DNA from: Gammaproteobacteria bacterium
GTDB taxonomy: Bacteria > Pseudomonadota > Gammaproteobacteria > UBA4575
Length of the DNA stretch: 64,000 bases
Direction of reading: 5' to 3'
Assembly (NCBI GenBank): GCA_965222615.1
Contig: CBDCUI010000007.1
Coordinates: 576,001 to 640,000 of the forward strand
This document shows, piece by piece, positions 1 to 9,427 of this stretch. Every line of letters begins with the position of its first letter. Positions within the stretch are counted from its first letter, which is position 1. The notes under the pieces are model-generated. The model was given only the letters and a program-made list of their open reading frames with translations. It searched no databases and was not told the DNA's origin. Both the position numbers and the translations under genes were made by a program.

Positions 1-523
1 CCAAATAACGAACTTTGCCTTGGTCCACCGCATCAACTAAACACGCATAAGTATCTTCGATAGATGTTGAGCTGTCGTCTTCATCATGTTGATAACCAAG
101 TTTGCCAAAGTAGTTAGTGTTTCGTGCTGGCCAGTGCACTTGGTATAAATCGATGTAGTCTGTTTGCAATCGCCTGAGACTGGCCTCTAATGCAGCATTG
201 ATGTGCTCAGGTGTTAATTGTGGGCCATTGCGCAGATAGGGCATCATGCCAGGCCCAGCAACTTTGGTTGCCAAAATTACTTGTTTGCGTAAACCACTTT
301 TCGTTAGCCAACTACCTATATATTGTTCGGTAAGCCCCTGGGTGTTCTCTTTAGGCGGTACCGGATACATCTCAGCGGTATCGATAAAATTAACTCCTCT
401 TGAGACGGCATATTCAAGTTGCGCGTGTGCTTCTTGTTCGGTGTTTTGTTCACCAAACGTCATGGTACCTAAGCAAATTTTGCTGACTTTTACTCCTGTA
501 TCACCTAATTCACTAAATTGCAT
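1..523 (-). CDS. tas: NADP(H)-dependent aldo/keto reductase, Tas-like (runs off the left edge; missing from the ORF track)
   Basis: Manual translation from ATG at 523: MQFSELGDTGVKVSKICLGTMTFGEQNTEQEAHAQLEYA...NFIDTAEMYPVPP, the typical Tas N-terminus. Confidence 0.9.
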   Translation of the reverse strand, partial: MQFSELGDTGVKVSKICLGTMTFGEQNTEQEAHAQLEYAVSRGVNFIDTAEMYPVPPKENTQGLTEQYIGSWLTKSGLRKQVILATKVAGPGMMPYLRNGPQLTPEHINAALEASLRRLQTDYIDLYQVHWPARNTNYFGKLGYQHDEDDSSTSIEDTYACLVDAVDQGKVRYL

Positions 524-547
524 ATCAAAGAAGCTCTGATTTATTAG

Positions 548-1669
548 CTAGGTGAATAGTGTAAGTACACCTGTATATCCATATAGTCGGTTATGAAAAA
601 TTTCTCCGTTTGCAAAAAAACCAGCGAGAGGAAAGTCGCCTAATTCATCTTGTATCATTTTAAGTTCTTCTGAATTTTCACCAAATTGATAACGCCCACG
701 TCCTAAGCATGTGTAATAGACACCACCACGTGGAGGATTGCTCATACGAGACTTCATCGTACTTAGCATGCGTAACATATCTTGTCTGGCACTATTGCCA
801 TCACGCCGACAAAACATGAATTTACTACCTTCATACAGATAATCACCTATTGCGATAATTTTTTCACTTTCATCAAAGCCGACAATATTTCTTACTAAAT
901 AGTCGCCAGTATCTGAAAATTCAATCGGTAATCCAGCAAAAATATAACCCGTTATCTTATATAAATCTTTTGCCAACACTTCTCCAATGTCTTCTCGAAA
1001 CACATCGAGTGCAGGACGATGGTCTAGTTCAATAAGTAAGTTACGCTCTGCTCTGGTAATTACATGTTGTTGATCTAAAGGTGTACAGCCTTGTGTGTGT
1101 CCAACAATTGTGTGTACTTGTGGTGAGAAAAAAATCCCTGATACACTACCACTAACTACCTGCTCTGCGACTTGATAATTCTGAAAGTTCGAAGAAGTAA
1201 GACCACCGACTAAATATACGGCAGGTACCGTTTCTGAAATTTTTTCAATCAAGTTTGGTGTAGCGGGATTACTAGGATCACCGTGAATAATTCCGACGTG
1301 AGGTAATTCTTCCTTGCAATAACTCGATACTTGCTCTAGCAACTGCTCTTCGTTTGATTCATTTGTACCAATGATTGCAAAATCTTTCGCTGCAATATCC
1401 GCTAGCATCACTATTAATGCGGCATCATCATAATACTCTGTGCCTGTACTACATAAACCAATGCCCACTGTCCCCACCCAGTGTTCAACGCCGGTTTCTT
1501 GTTTAAGTCTACCTACTATGTGTTCTAAGTCACTGCTTAATGTATCGTTTGCATAGATAAAACCAAGCTGGAATCTGCCTCGCACCTCACCAAGTTGTCG
1601 CAGACAATCGTTTACAAGCTCGCGCATGGGTTGACTAAAGGCAGTAGCGAGTAGAAACGATTCGGCCAT
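548..1669 (-). CDS. FIST N/C-domain sensory protein (NosP-like family)
   Basis: 373 aa with GGLTS, TQGCTP, Y(T)CLGRG and LAGFFANGEI...LYGYTGVL motifs characteristic of FIST domains. Confidence 0.85.
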   Translation of the reverse strand: MAESFLLATAFSQPMRELVNDCLRQLGEVRGRFQLGFIYANDTLSSDLEHIVGRLKQETGVEHWVGTVGIGLCSTGTEYYDDAALIVMLADIAAKDFAIIGTNESNEEQLLEQVSSYCKEELPHVGIIHGDPSNPATPNLIEKISETVPAVYLVGGLTSSNFQNYQVAEQVVSGSVSGIFFSPQVHTIVGHTQGCTPLDQQHVITRAERNLLIELDHRPALDVFREDIGEVLAKDLYKITGYIFAGLPIEFSDTGDYLVRNIVGFDESEKIIAIGDYLYEGSKFMFCRRDGNSARQDMLRMLSTMKSRMSNPPRGGVYYTCLGRGRYQFGENSEELKMIQDELGDFPLAGFFANGEIFHNRLYGYTGVLTLFT

Positions 1670-1693
1670 ACTGTGTAGTATTCAGCTCTGTGG

Positions 1694-2587
1694 TTAGCCT
1701 GTCTGCTGCTTTAAGTCTGTACGTTTTTCTACCAACATTTTTATAACCGGTGTGAGGAGTAGGCCCATGGCAAACACCATCTTCTCGGCAGGTATCACCA
1801 GTTGATTGGGTTTGATGTTAAATGAGTTATCTATTTGTTCACGCAACTCATTTATGCTCAAAGTAAATTTTTCCGGGCGACGGATGTGTACAATGACCAA
1901 ACTTTCATGTAACGCCGGTATTTCTTGTACATCAAAGGGATTGGCTGTATCTATGATAGGGACACGTTGAAAATTTACATCTGTTCTCGAAAATTGTGGA
2001 GATATATAAGTCACATAGTCTGGCATGCGCCGCACTATGGTGCTGACAACCTCTGCATGTGAATAGCCTCGTTCTGCACTATCACGATGAATTTTTTGTA
2101 TCCACTCCAAGTTAGTGGTGGGGGCAACTCCAATTAAAAGATCAACATGTTGAGCAATATCGTAGTCCTCTGTAACCAAGCCACCATGTAGACCTTCATA
2201 AAATAATAAATCCGATCCAGGTGGAATTTTTTCCCATGGAGTAAATTCCCCCTGTTTCAATCCGGGATAAGCAGTCGCCTCTTCTTCACTGTGCAGGTAT
2301 AGACGTTTTAGGCCGGTACCATTTTGTCCATACTCATTAAATAGTTGATCTAATTCTTCCAGTAAATTGCCATTGGGAGCAAAATGCGTCATACGACGAC
2401 CAAATAAATCCGGTACTTTTATACGTTCGTACATCTCTGCACGCGTGTATTTATGAAAACTATCCCCCTCTACAACGATCGGGCTAATTCCACATTTGGA
2501 AAAGATGTATTCAAATGCTTCACGTACTGTTGAGGTACCCGCGCCTGAGGACCCTGTTACGGCAATAATAGGATATCGTGCGGACAT
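1694..2587 (-). CDS. prkB: phosphoribulokinase (proteobacterial PrkB/CbbP type)
   Basis: IIAVTGSSGAGTST P-loop, EGDSFH, DLLFYEGLHG, NLEWIQKIHRD and PQFSRTDVNFQRVP motifs. Confidence 0.9.
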   Translation of the reverse strand: MSARYPIIAVTGSSGAGTSTVREAFEYIFSKCGISPIVVEGDSFHKYTRAEMYERIKVPDLFGRRMTHFAPNGNLLEELDQLFNEYGQNGTGLKRLYLHSEEEATAYPGLKQGEFTPWEKIPPGSDLLFYEGLHGGLVTEDYDIAQHVDLLIGVAPTTNLEWIQKIHRDSAERGYSHAEVVSTIVRRMPDYVTYISPQFSRTDVNFQRVPIIDTANPFDVQEIPALHESLVIVHIRRPEKFTLSINELREQIDNSFNIKPNQLVIPAEKMVFAMGLLLTPVIKMLVEKRTDLKQQTG

Positions 2588-2915
2588 GATTTTATTCTAT
2601 CCCCTAATATGGCAAGTATTTTTATATAGCTCGTGGACACGCATAACCATACAATTACCGGGCATGAGTCTTACCTTTTTGGCAATCACTTTACCGTGTT
2701 CTAGCGACAAAACGAAATTCGAGATCAAGTTCATACAAATTTTTTTTATAACTCTATAGATTAACAACGATTAGGCCCATGGTTTAAGAAAGCATGTTAA
2801 GATAGTTGCTTAACTACATGTAACCTCTTTGTTACCACCTGCCGAGTAGTCTGGCCAAAAGGCAGGAAACCTTAATGAAAATCCCGCTACTCAACTGTGG
2901 TTGAGTTAAAGGACT

Positions 2916-4751
2916 ATGGAGCGTGATCAGGAGTGTCGGTTGATCTCAGCACAACAATATACACGTGAACTGTTTAGGCGATTCATCCCTTATATAAATT
3001 GGTTGGGTGAGTTAAAAGATCTTTCAATAGTATGGAAAGACTGTCTTGCGGGCTTGACCGTAGCTCTAGTGCTTATCCCTCAATCCATGGCCTATGCGCA
3101 ACTCGCTGGTTTACCTGCATATTACGGTTTATACGCCTCTTTTTTACCAGTGATTGTTTCTGCACTATTTGGCTCTTCGCGCCAATTGCAAACTGGTCCG
3201 GTCGCCGTCGTATCCTTAATGACGGCTGCGGCATTGGAGCCTTTGGCTGTTGCAAACCCAGAAGGGTATTTAGTCTATGCTGCCGTGATTGCAATCATAG
3301 TTGGGCTATTCCAGCTTTCACTTGGGTTATTACGTTTAGGAGTTTTAGTCGAATTTTTATCACATTCGGTAGTAATTGGTTTTACCAATGCTGCCGCAAT
3401 TATTATTGCGACCTCTCAATTATCCAAGTTATTCGGAGTAACCGCAGAAGCTGGACATCATTTTTATCTGACTATTTGGAATGTGCTGGTTGAAGCATCC
3501 AAGCATACTCACTTTCCAACGCTAGCCATGGGGATTACCGCTTTAGCAATTATCTTTGGCCTTAAACGTTATGCACCAAAAATCCCTGGAGTACTTACTG
3601 CCGTAGTTGTAACCAGTCTTATCTCTCTGTTTGTAGGTTACGAATCGCTAGGTGGAAAAGTAGTTGGCAATGTGCCGGCTGGTTTGCCGGCCATAAGTTT
3701 TCCCAATTTTGATATGTCGATCGCTTTTGATTTAGTAGGTAAAGCAATAGTTATTGCGGTAGTCGGATATATGGAAGCCATCTCAATTGCAAAAGCGATT
3801 GCGGTACAGACAAGACAACGCATTGATGCAAATCAGGGTTTGGTTGGGCAGGGTTTGGGCAACATCGTCTCGGGCCTTTCAGGTGCCTACCCGGTTGCAG
3901 GATCATTTTCACGTTCGGCGGTAAATATGTCTGCAGGGGCAAAGACCGGTTTTGCTGCAATTGTCACTGGTTTAATCGTTGCGGTATCACTAATACTTTT
4001 ATATTTCACACAATACTTATATTACTTGCCCCAAGCCACTCTAGCTGCCGTTATCATCTCTGCAGTAATCAATCTGGTACGAATAAAACAAATTAAATAT
4101 GCATTGCGCGTGCATAAACACGATGGCTTTATTGCCATACTTACCTTTGTACTAACCTTGATCCTAGCACCGCACTTAGAACAAAGTATTTTTGTCGGAG
4201 TCGTACTATCACTTGGGCTATTCATGTACAGAACCATGCATCCACACATCTCTGTACTATCCCGGTACACAGATGGATCTTTACGTGATGCAGAAGCCAA
4301 TATTCTCAAAACATGCCCACATATTTCAGTGCTGCGTTTCGAGGGGCCATTATTCTTTGCCAGTGCCATGTACTTTGAAGAAAAGGTCTTAGAACGTGTT
4401 GCTGCAAAGCCCGATCTTAAATTCATTATTATTGATGCTGAAGCGATTACAGAAATTGATGCTACCGGTGAGGACATGCTGCACCAACTTTCCTTGCGGC
4501 TAGTTGCATTAGGTATTGAATTGGTATTCGCCCGCACTAAACGTCAAGTGATGGATGTGTTTGTGCGTACCGGATTTGCAGGTGCCGACTGGATTGATCA
4601 CTTCTATCGCACGGATGAACGTGCCATCGAGTTTGCCTGGCAAAACATCGATCACTGTGATGAAGAGGTTTGTCCACTTGCAAAAGAACAGGAATGTCCT
4701 GCAAAACGCTTATCTCTACCTATAAATGAAAAAGAAACTTCCACCAGTTAG
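2916..4751 (+). CDS. SulP/SLC26 family anion transporter with STAS domain
   Basis: AGLTVALVLIPQSMAYAQLAGLP, GSSRQLQTGP, GSFSRSAVN motifs; C-terminal STAS (LRFEGPLFFA...IDATG). Confidence 0.93.
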   Translation: MERDQECRLISAQQYTRELFRRFIPYINWLGELKDLSIVWKDCLAGLTVALVLIPQSMAYAQLAGLPAYYGLYASFLPVIVSALFGSSRQLQTGPVAVVSLMTAAALEPLAVANPEGYLVYAAVIAIIVGLFQLSLGLLRLGVLVEFLSHSVVIGFTNAAAIIIATSQLSKLFGVTAEAGHHFYLTIWNVLVEASKHTHFPTLAMGITALAIIFGLKRYAPKIPGVLTAVVVTSLISLFVGYESLGGKVVGNVPAGLPAISFPNFDMSIAFDLVGKAIVIAVVGYMEAISIAKAIAVQTRQRIDANQGLVGQGLGNIVSGLSGAYPVAGSFSRSAVNMSAGAKTGFAAIVTGLIVAVSLILLYFTQYLYYLPQATLAAVIISAVINLVRIKQIKYALRVHKHDGFIAILTFVLTLILAPHLEQSIFVGVVLSLGLFMYRTMHPHISVLSRYTDGSLRDAEANILKTCPHISVLRFEGPLFFASAMYFEEKVLERVAAKPDLKFIIIDAEAITEIDATGEDMLHQLSLRLVALGIELVFARTKRQVMDVFVRTGFAGADWIDHFYRTDERAIEFAWQNIDHCDEEVCPLAKEQECPAKRLSLPINEKETSTS

Positions 4752-4754
4752 AAC

Positions 4755-5426
4755 CTACTTGAGCTTTTTATAAATTTGAGAAAATACCTGGTGTCCTAGT
4801 TTTTCCCCACGGCATTCAAATTTTGTTTTCGGCCGCTGAGTAATAAAGTTTGATGCATCTATTGCTGTAAACAAATTGCCTTGTTGTAAAACATGTTCGA
4901 TATGTTCCGCATAGGGTTGCCAATCCGTCGCGATATTAAGCTCTCCTTCATCTACTAGTTTGCTAGATGCAAGTTCTACAAAATCTGCTTGGATTAATCT
5001 TCTTTTATGATGACGTTTCTTGGGCCAAGGATCGGGAAACCAAATTAATATTGAAGTCAAACTTTTAGAAGCGACACACTCCTGCAACAAATCAACAGCA
5101 TCTATATTCGCCACACGCACATTGTTAATTTGGGCCTCAAATAGCTTTCTCAATAATGCACCTATACCTGGTCGATATACTTCAACGCCCAGAAAATTTA
5201 AATGTGAATGTTGTAAGGCAAGTGAACACAAGGCATCGCCATTACCAAATCCAATATCTAAAATAACTGGTTGTGAATTTCTAAATAGGTCTTGAAAATT
5301 AAGCTGTCGGTCTTTGGTATTAATACCATAAACAGGCCAATACTTTTTTAACGCGATTTGTTGGCCCTTGGTAAAACGACCTTCACGACGTACAAAACTA
5401 CGGACTGCGAATGGAGCTTTTGGCAA
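4755..5426 (-). CDS. trmB: tRNA (guanine-N7)-methyltransferase
   Basis: RSFVRREGR, LDIGFGNG, FPDPWPKKRHHKRRL, ATDW..YAE. Confidence 0.95.
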   Translation of the reverse strand: MPKAPFAVRSFVRREGRFTKGQQIALKKYWPVYGINTKDRQLNFQDLFRNSQPVILDIGFGNGDALCSLALQHSHLNFLGVEVYRPGIGALLRKLFEAQINNVRVANIDAVDLLQECVASKSLTSILIWFPDPWPKKRHHKRRLIQADFVELASSKLVDEGELNIATDWQPYAEHIEHVLQQGNLFTAIDASNFITQRPKTKFECRGEKLGHQVFSQIYKKLK

Positions 5427-5444
5427 GAGATAAGGTAAATTTAA

Positions 5445-6263
5445 CTAAAGTATAGAGTCGTCTATAGGCGAGGAAGCCGATGCAAAACGTCGCTTCGGCA
5501 TACGCCCGGCAAGAAATGCCTCACGACCCGCTACGATGGCGTGTTGCATGGCACTGGCCATCAACACTGGATTTTTTGCCTCGGCAATGGCCGTATTCAT
5601 CAACACACCATCACAACCAAGCTCCATGGCAATCGCGGCATCCGATGCAGTACCTACCCCGGCATCTACTAAGATGGGCACCGTAGCATTCTCGACAATA
5701 GTGAGAACATTATAAGGGTTGCGCACACCCAAACCCGAGCCTATGGGTGCCGCTAAAGGCATCACGGCAACACAGCCCATTTCTTCAAACTGCTTCGCAG
5801 CAATGGGATCATCATTGGTATAGACCATGACCTCAAAACCTTCTTTGATTAAGATCTTGCTAGCCTCTAAGGTCTCAACAATATTTGGGTACAAGGTTTT
5901 TTCATCGCCGAGCACTTCAAGTTTAACTAAGGTGTGACCATCCAATAATTCCCGTGCTAGTCGACAAGTGCGTATTGCATCTTTTGCAGAATAACAGCCA
6001 GCAGTATTTGGCAGGATGGTGAATTCACTTGGTGGAATCACATCAAGCAAATTGGGTTCATTTTTATCTTGCCCGATATTGGTTCTGCGAATGGCAACGG
6101 TAACCATCTCTGCGCCACTCGCTACAATTGCAGCACGTGTCTCCTGCAAATCTTTGTATTTGCCTGTGCCTACTAACAAGCGCGATCGATAAGGTTTTCC
6201 CGCAATGATTAAACCATCATCTTTATGCTCATCCTTAGGTATTGATATCTGGCTTACTGTCAT
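5445..6263 (-). CDS. thiG: thiazole synthase
   Basis: [43 protein letters not shown]. Confidence 0.97.
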   Translation of the reverse strand: MTVSQISIPKDEHKDDGLIIAGKPYRSRLLVGTGKYKDLQETRAAIVASGAEMVTVAIRRTNIGQDKNEPNLLDVIPPSEFTILPNTAGCYSAKDAIRTCRLARELLDGHTLVKLEVLGDEKTLYPNIVETLEASKILIKEGFEVMVYTNDDPIAAKQFEEMGCVAVMPLAAPIGSGLGVRNPYNVLTIVENATVPILVDAGVGTASDAAIAMELGCDGVLMNTAIAEAKNPVLMASAMQHAIVAGREAFLAGRMPKRRFASASSPIDDSIL

Positions 6264-6325
6264 GTCATTACAATTATGTTACATTTTTACTACAACCTAA
6301 CATCATTCATAAGGTCATTTTTGCA

Positions 6326-7018
6326 ATGGCAAACTCATGGACTGACAACGTTGTTAATCTGCTCATTTTAGCCTTACTACCTGTATACATATATATACAT
6401 ACTTATTTACTCCCACCTACTTTAAGCTATGGTGGTATCGAGGATGCCGGATTTGTTTCTATCATAACACTGACTTTTATAGGCAGTGTATTTTTTACCC
6501 TACTTACTATTACTTTTAATTCACGTTTTGCTGCCTCAAAACTAACTGCAGTTGCTGCCTCTTATGTGGTTTTAATCTATTTTATGCGTGAAGCCGATTT
6601 GCATCGCTTACTGACTGTTGAACATGTTACGCGTGGTAAATTTTACACCATGTCAGATGTGCCATTCTGGCAAAAGTTCTGTGCTGCTTTAGTATTTCTA
6701 CTTCTGGCAGTATGTCTTTTATATTTATTATTCAAATTTACGAAATTAATATGGAGAAAAGTATTCAGTCGCGAACCATGGGCAATTGCACTCTTGTTTT
6801 GGTTAGTGGTTCTCTTTGTCTCACAACTATGTGATAGGACCGGTTTTAATGACACTCATTTTGGAAGGGTAATAGAAGAATGTTCTGAATGTTGGGCGGC
6901 AATTTTTATGTTTTTGGCAGTCATCCAAATTATTCCCGCTCTTAAACTACGGTCATTGCAAAAACAAGAATCTACCGTCTTAAACACTACGCGCCAAACG
7001 GCGACACGAGATATTTAA
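6326..7018 (+). CDS. multi-pass membrane protein of unknown function (start taken at ATG 6326 to avoid overlap with thiG)
   Basis: About 6 hydrophobic segments with charged motifs READLH and EECSE; long ORF; no family recognised. Confidence 0.7.
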   Translation: MANSWTDNVVNLLILALLPVYIYIHTYLLPPTLSYGGIEDAGFVSIITLTFIGSVFFTLLTITFNSRFAASKLTAVAASYVVLIYFMREADLHRLLTVEHVTRGKFYTMSDVPFWQKFCAALVFLLLAVCLLYLLFKFTKLIWRKVFSREPWAIALLFWLVVLFVSQLCDRTGFNDTHFGRVIEECSECWAAIFMFLAVIQIIPALKLRSLQKQESTVLNTTRQTATRDI

Positions 7019-7215
7019 CCGCCACCTATCGCTTGAATGATTTCCACTCGATCACCTGGCTGAATCCTATGTGTAGCAAAGGCACTGCGAATCACTAGCT
7101 CTTGATTAATTTCCACTGCAATACGCCGATCCTGCAAGCCTAATTCTTCAATCAGCCGCTGTGTAGTAAGGTCTTCGGCAATTTCAGTTTCTGCGCCATT
7201 TAAAAAAATTTGCAT
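7015..7215 (-). CDS. thiS: sulfur carrier protein ThiS
   Basis: 66 aa ubiquitin-like protein, IAVEIN, ending VEIIQAIGGG. Confidence 0.95.
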   Translation of the reverse strand: MQIFLNGAETEIAEDLTTQRLIEELGLQDRRIAVEINQELVIRSAFATHRIQPGDRVEIIQAIGGG

Positions 7216-7260
7216 GGCATATTCTTAATTAAACAGTTTTTGTCGAAGTAGTTATAATCA

Positions 7261-8364
7261 GTGAACATTATGAATAATGCAACTCAAACTCAGCCTTATG
7301 ACGCTTTAATAGTAGGCGGCGGCTTGGTAGGCATGCTCACTGCACGTGATTTAAAACTTGCAGGACTGCATGTTGCACTAGTTGAAAAAAATAAACTTGG
7401 TGCTGAATCCAGTTGGGCAGCCGGCGGCATTTTGTCCAAGCTGTATCCGTGGCAGCAAGGCGAGGCCATGCAACAACTTATTACACAAGGACAAACCTCT
7501 TTTCCTACATTGGCGAGAGAACTGTTTGAAGAAACCGGTATCGATGCACAACTCTTGCATAGTGGCATGATCATTACCGATTTGGCTGAACAACAGAAAG
7601 CACTTGAGTGGTCACAAAAAAATAAAACTCAAATTCAAGTAATCGAGCGCAAACAGATCGATCAATTAGAACCGAATTTAAACCATAACATTCCTGCTGC
7701 GCTATATATGCCAAAAACCATGCAAGTGCGCCCACCAAAATTAATTAAAGCACTAAAACAATCTCTATTAAATCGTGGTGTAGATATATATGAAGGGATT
7801 GCGGCAAATAAATTAGTACTGCAAGCTAAAAAAGTAATTGGGATCGAAACTAAAGATAAAACCATGTTTGCTGATCAGATTGCCGTTTGTAATGGTGCAT
7901 GGGCACAGCAATTTTTAAGCCAAATCAGTCAAGATCTTACCGATATTGAACCCGTACGTGGACAGATGTTGCTATTTAAACCCCAACAAAATGTACTCTC
8001 CCATATTATTGTCAAAGACGGGTTTTATCTCATTCCACGAAAAGACCAATACGTGTTATGTGGGAGCACTGTAGAACAAGTGGGGTTCAACAAAAACACT
8101 ACACCAGAAGCTAGAGAATTGCTGAGTACACAAGCTTATGGTTTGTGCCCAACTTTGCGAGAAACAAAACTGGTACAGCATTGGTCAGCACTGCGTCCAG
8201 GTACGGCACAGGAATTACCGTATGTAGATGCACACCCAGAAATAGAAGGCTTATATATCAACGCTGGCCATTATCGTTACGGTATTGTAACCAGTATCCC
8301 TACTGCTAGAATGGTTTCCAAGCTAATTACTAATAAGCTGAATACATCACAAATTTTCGCTTAA
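7261..8364 (+). CDS. thiO: glycine oxidase ThiO
   Basis: GGGLVG FAD motif, SSWAAGGIL, PVRGQM, GHYRYG; next to thiS/thiG. Confidence 0.88.
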   Translation: MNIMNNATQTQPYDALIVGGGLVGMLTARDLKLAGLHVALVEKNKLGAESSWAAGGILSKLYPWQQGEAMQQLITQGQTSFPTLARELFEETGIDAQLLHSGMIITDLAEQQKALEWSQKNKTQIQVIERKQIDQLEPNLNHNIPAALYMPKTMQVRPPKLIKALKQSLLNRGVDIYEGIAANKLVLQAKKVIGIETKDKTMFADQIAVCNGAWAQQFLSQISQDLTDIEPVRGQMLLFKPQQNVLSHIIVKDGFYLIPRKDQYVLCGSTVEQVGFNKNTTPEARELLSTQAYGLCPTLRETKLVQHWSALRPGTAQELPYVDAHPEIEGLYINAGHYRYGIVTSIPTARMVSKLITNKLNTSQIFA

Positions 8365-8416
8365 ACATGGCGGAAAATAGTTTGCATATCCAACTAAACA
8401 AGTATTTAGGAACATA

Positions 8417-8446
8417 AATAGACTTTGTCTAAATTATGACTATAAT
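8417..8446 (+). promoter_or_regulatory. sigma70-like promoter (TAGACT-N16-TATAAT) overlapped by palindrome TAGAC-TTT-GTCTA
   Basis: TAGACT 8419-8424, TATAAT 8441-8446, ATG at 8453. Confidence 0.55.
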
Positions 8447-8452
8447 TTAACT

Positions 8453-8881
8453 ATGGATGTAAATGCAGAATTCCCAAAATCACGTGCTGAAGTGGTGTCG
8501 TTGTTACGCGAATACGGTATTACTCCCACGCATCAGCGCATTAAAATCGGCAAAGTGCTATTTGCTCGTCCACAACATTTATCTGCGGAACAAGTGTTAG
8601 TTGCCGTCAATCAAGATGACGATGAAGTTTCCAAGGCTACGGTATACAACACACTTGGCCTATTTGCAGAAAACGGTTTGATACGTCAAGTAATCGTCGA
8701 CCCGTCTAAAGTATTTTATGACTCCAATTTAAGTAAGCATCACCATCTATTTTATTCAGATACAGGCAAGCTGGAAGATATTGCAGACCAGGACATCGAA
8801 ATAGCCAAATTACCTGAACTGCCTGAAGACCTACAGATCGAAGACGTAGACGTCATCATCCGAGTGCACCGCAACAGCTGA
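8453..8881 (+). CDS. Fur-family regulator, Irr-like
   Basis: T.QR..I, HLSAE, SKATVYNTL, HHH motif, no CxxC, ends DVIIRV. Confidence 0.88.
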   Translation: MDVNAEFPKSRAEVVSLLREYGITPTHQRIKIGKVLFARPQHLSAEQVLVAVNQDDDEVSKATVYNTLGLFAENGLIRQVIVDPSKVFYDSNLSKHHHLFYSDTGKLEDIADQDIEIAKLPELPEDLQIEDVDVIIRVHRNS

Positions 8882-8935
8882 CCAAAAAGCTACAAACTTT
8901 TCACTAACGCGCTATTATTTCCTCTCGCACTACGT

Positions 8936-9011
8936 GCCGGAGTAGCTCAGCTGGTAGAGCAACTCATTCGTAATGAGTAGGTCGGGTGTTCGAATCACCT
9001 CTCCGGCACCA
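8936..9011 (+). tRNA. tRNA-Thr(CGU)
   Basis: 76-nt cloverleaf GCCGGAG...CTCCGGCACCA; anticodon arm ACTCA-TTCGTAA-TGAGT; T-loop GTTCGAATC; encoded CCA. Confidence 0.97.
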
Positions 9012-9014
9012 GAC

Positions 9015-9236
9015 TTGCGCGTGGCTATTACGCGCAAATCAATTTGTGGCGCAGCCACTCATATTCTATCTTTCATGCGACTAGGTATTATTCGCAAATT
9101 AAATCGTCGCGATAGCGACACATACTTTTCTTAAAAGCGTGTGGGACACGTGCGCATGGGTATTATGCGCAAGCAAATAGTGACGAAGTCACACAAACAG
9201 ATTAAAAAGTTGTAAATTAATTTGTCGCGAAGCGGC
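9015..9236. repeat. tandem array of three (plus one partial) degenerate two-hairpin units, REP-like
   Basis: Units start at 9015, 9076 and 9151: a TGCG.../...CGCA stem around G(C/G)TATT, an A-rich linker, then a 5-bp stem with GCA/GATA/GAA loop; partial unit 9214-9236. Confidence 0.75.
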
Positions 9237-9266
9237 TTCTTTTTAATTTCCATTATGAATCTTGTT

Positions 9267-9374
9267 CTATAACTTAGACCTGAACTTACCCCTTTTATTA
9301 ATTGCGCGACGAAACAATTCCTGAACGTATAGATCCCAATTCTTCCAGATCGAACCTCTTTTCAAATCAGTCAC
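9267..9374 (-). pseudogene. possible 5' remnant of a PHP-domain/AAA ATPase gene (TrlF/Ppl-like)
   Basis: 35-codon ORF MTDLKRGSIWKNWDLYVQ... after GAGGAG; resembles the RGSxWxxWDLHxHT N-terminus of that family, then diverges. Confidence 0.35.
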
Positions 9375-9427
9375 ATCTCCTCACTACTTTCACAAAAGAA
9401 TATTTGTTATAGCTTCTTTAATCATTG

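Noticed and set aside
246-539. Plus-strand 97-aa ORF and the many other short ORFs overlapping larger genes (e.g. 4022-4537, 39457-40002, 58590-59147)
   Set aside because: Antisense or alternate-frame shadows of well-supported genes with no independent motifs.
9015-9236. CRISPR array or integron attC interpretation of the tRNA-adjacent repeats
   Set aside because: Units are too divergent and irregularly spaced; no cas or integrase genes; no RYYYAAC/GTTRRRY ends.
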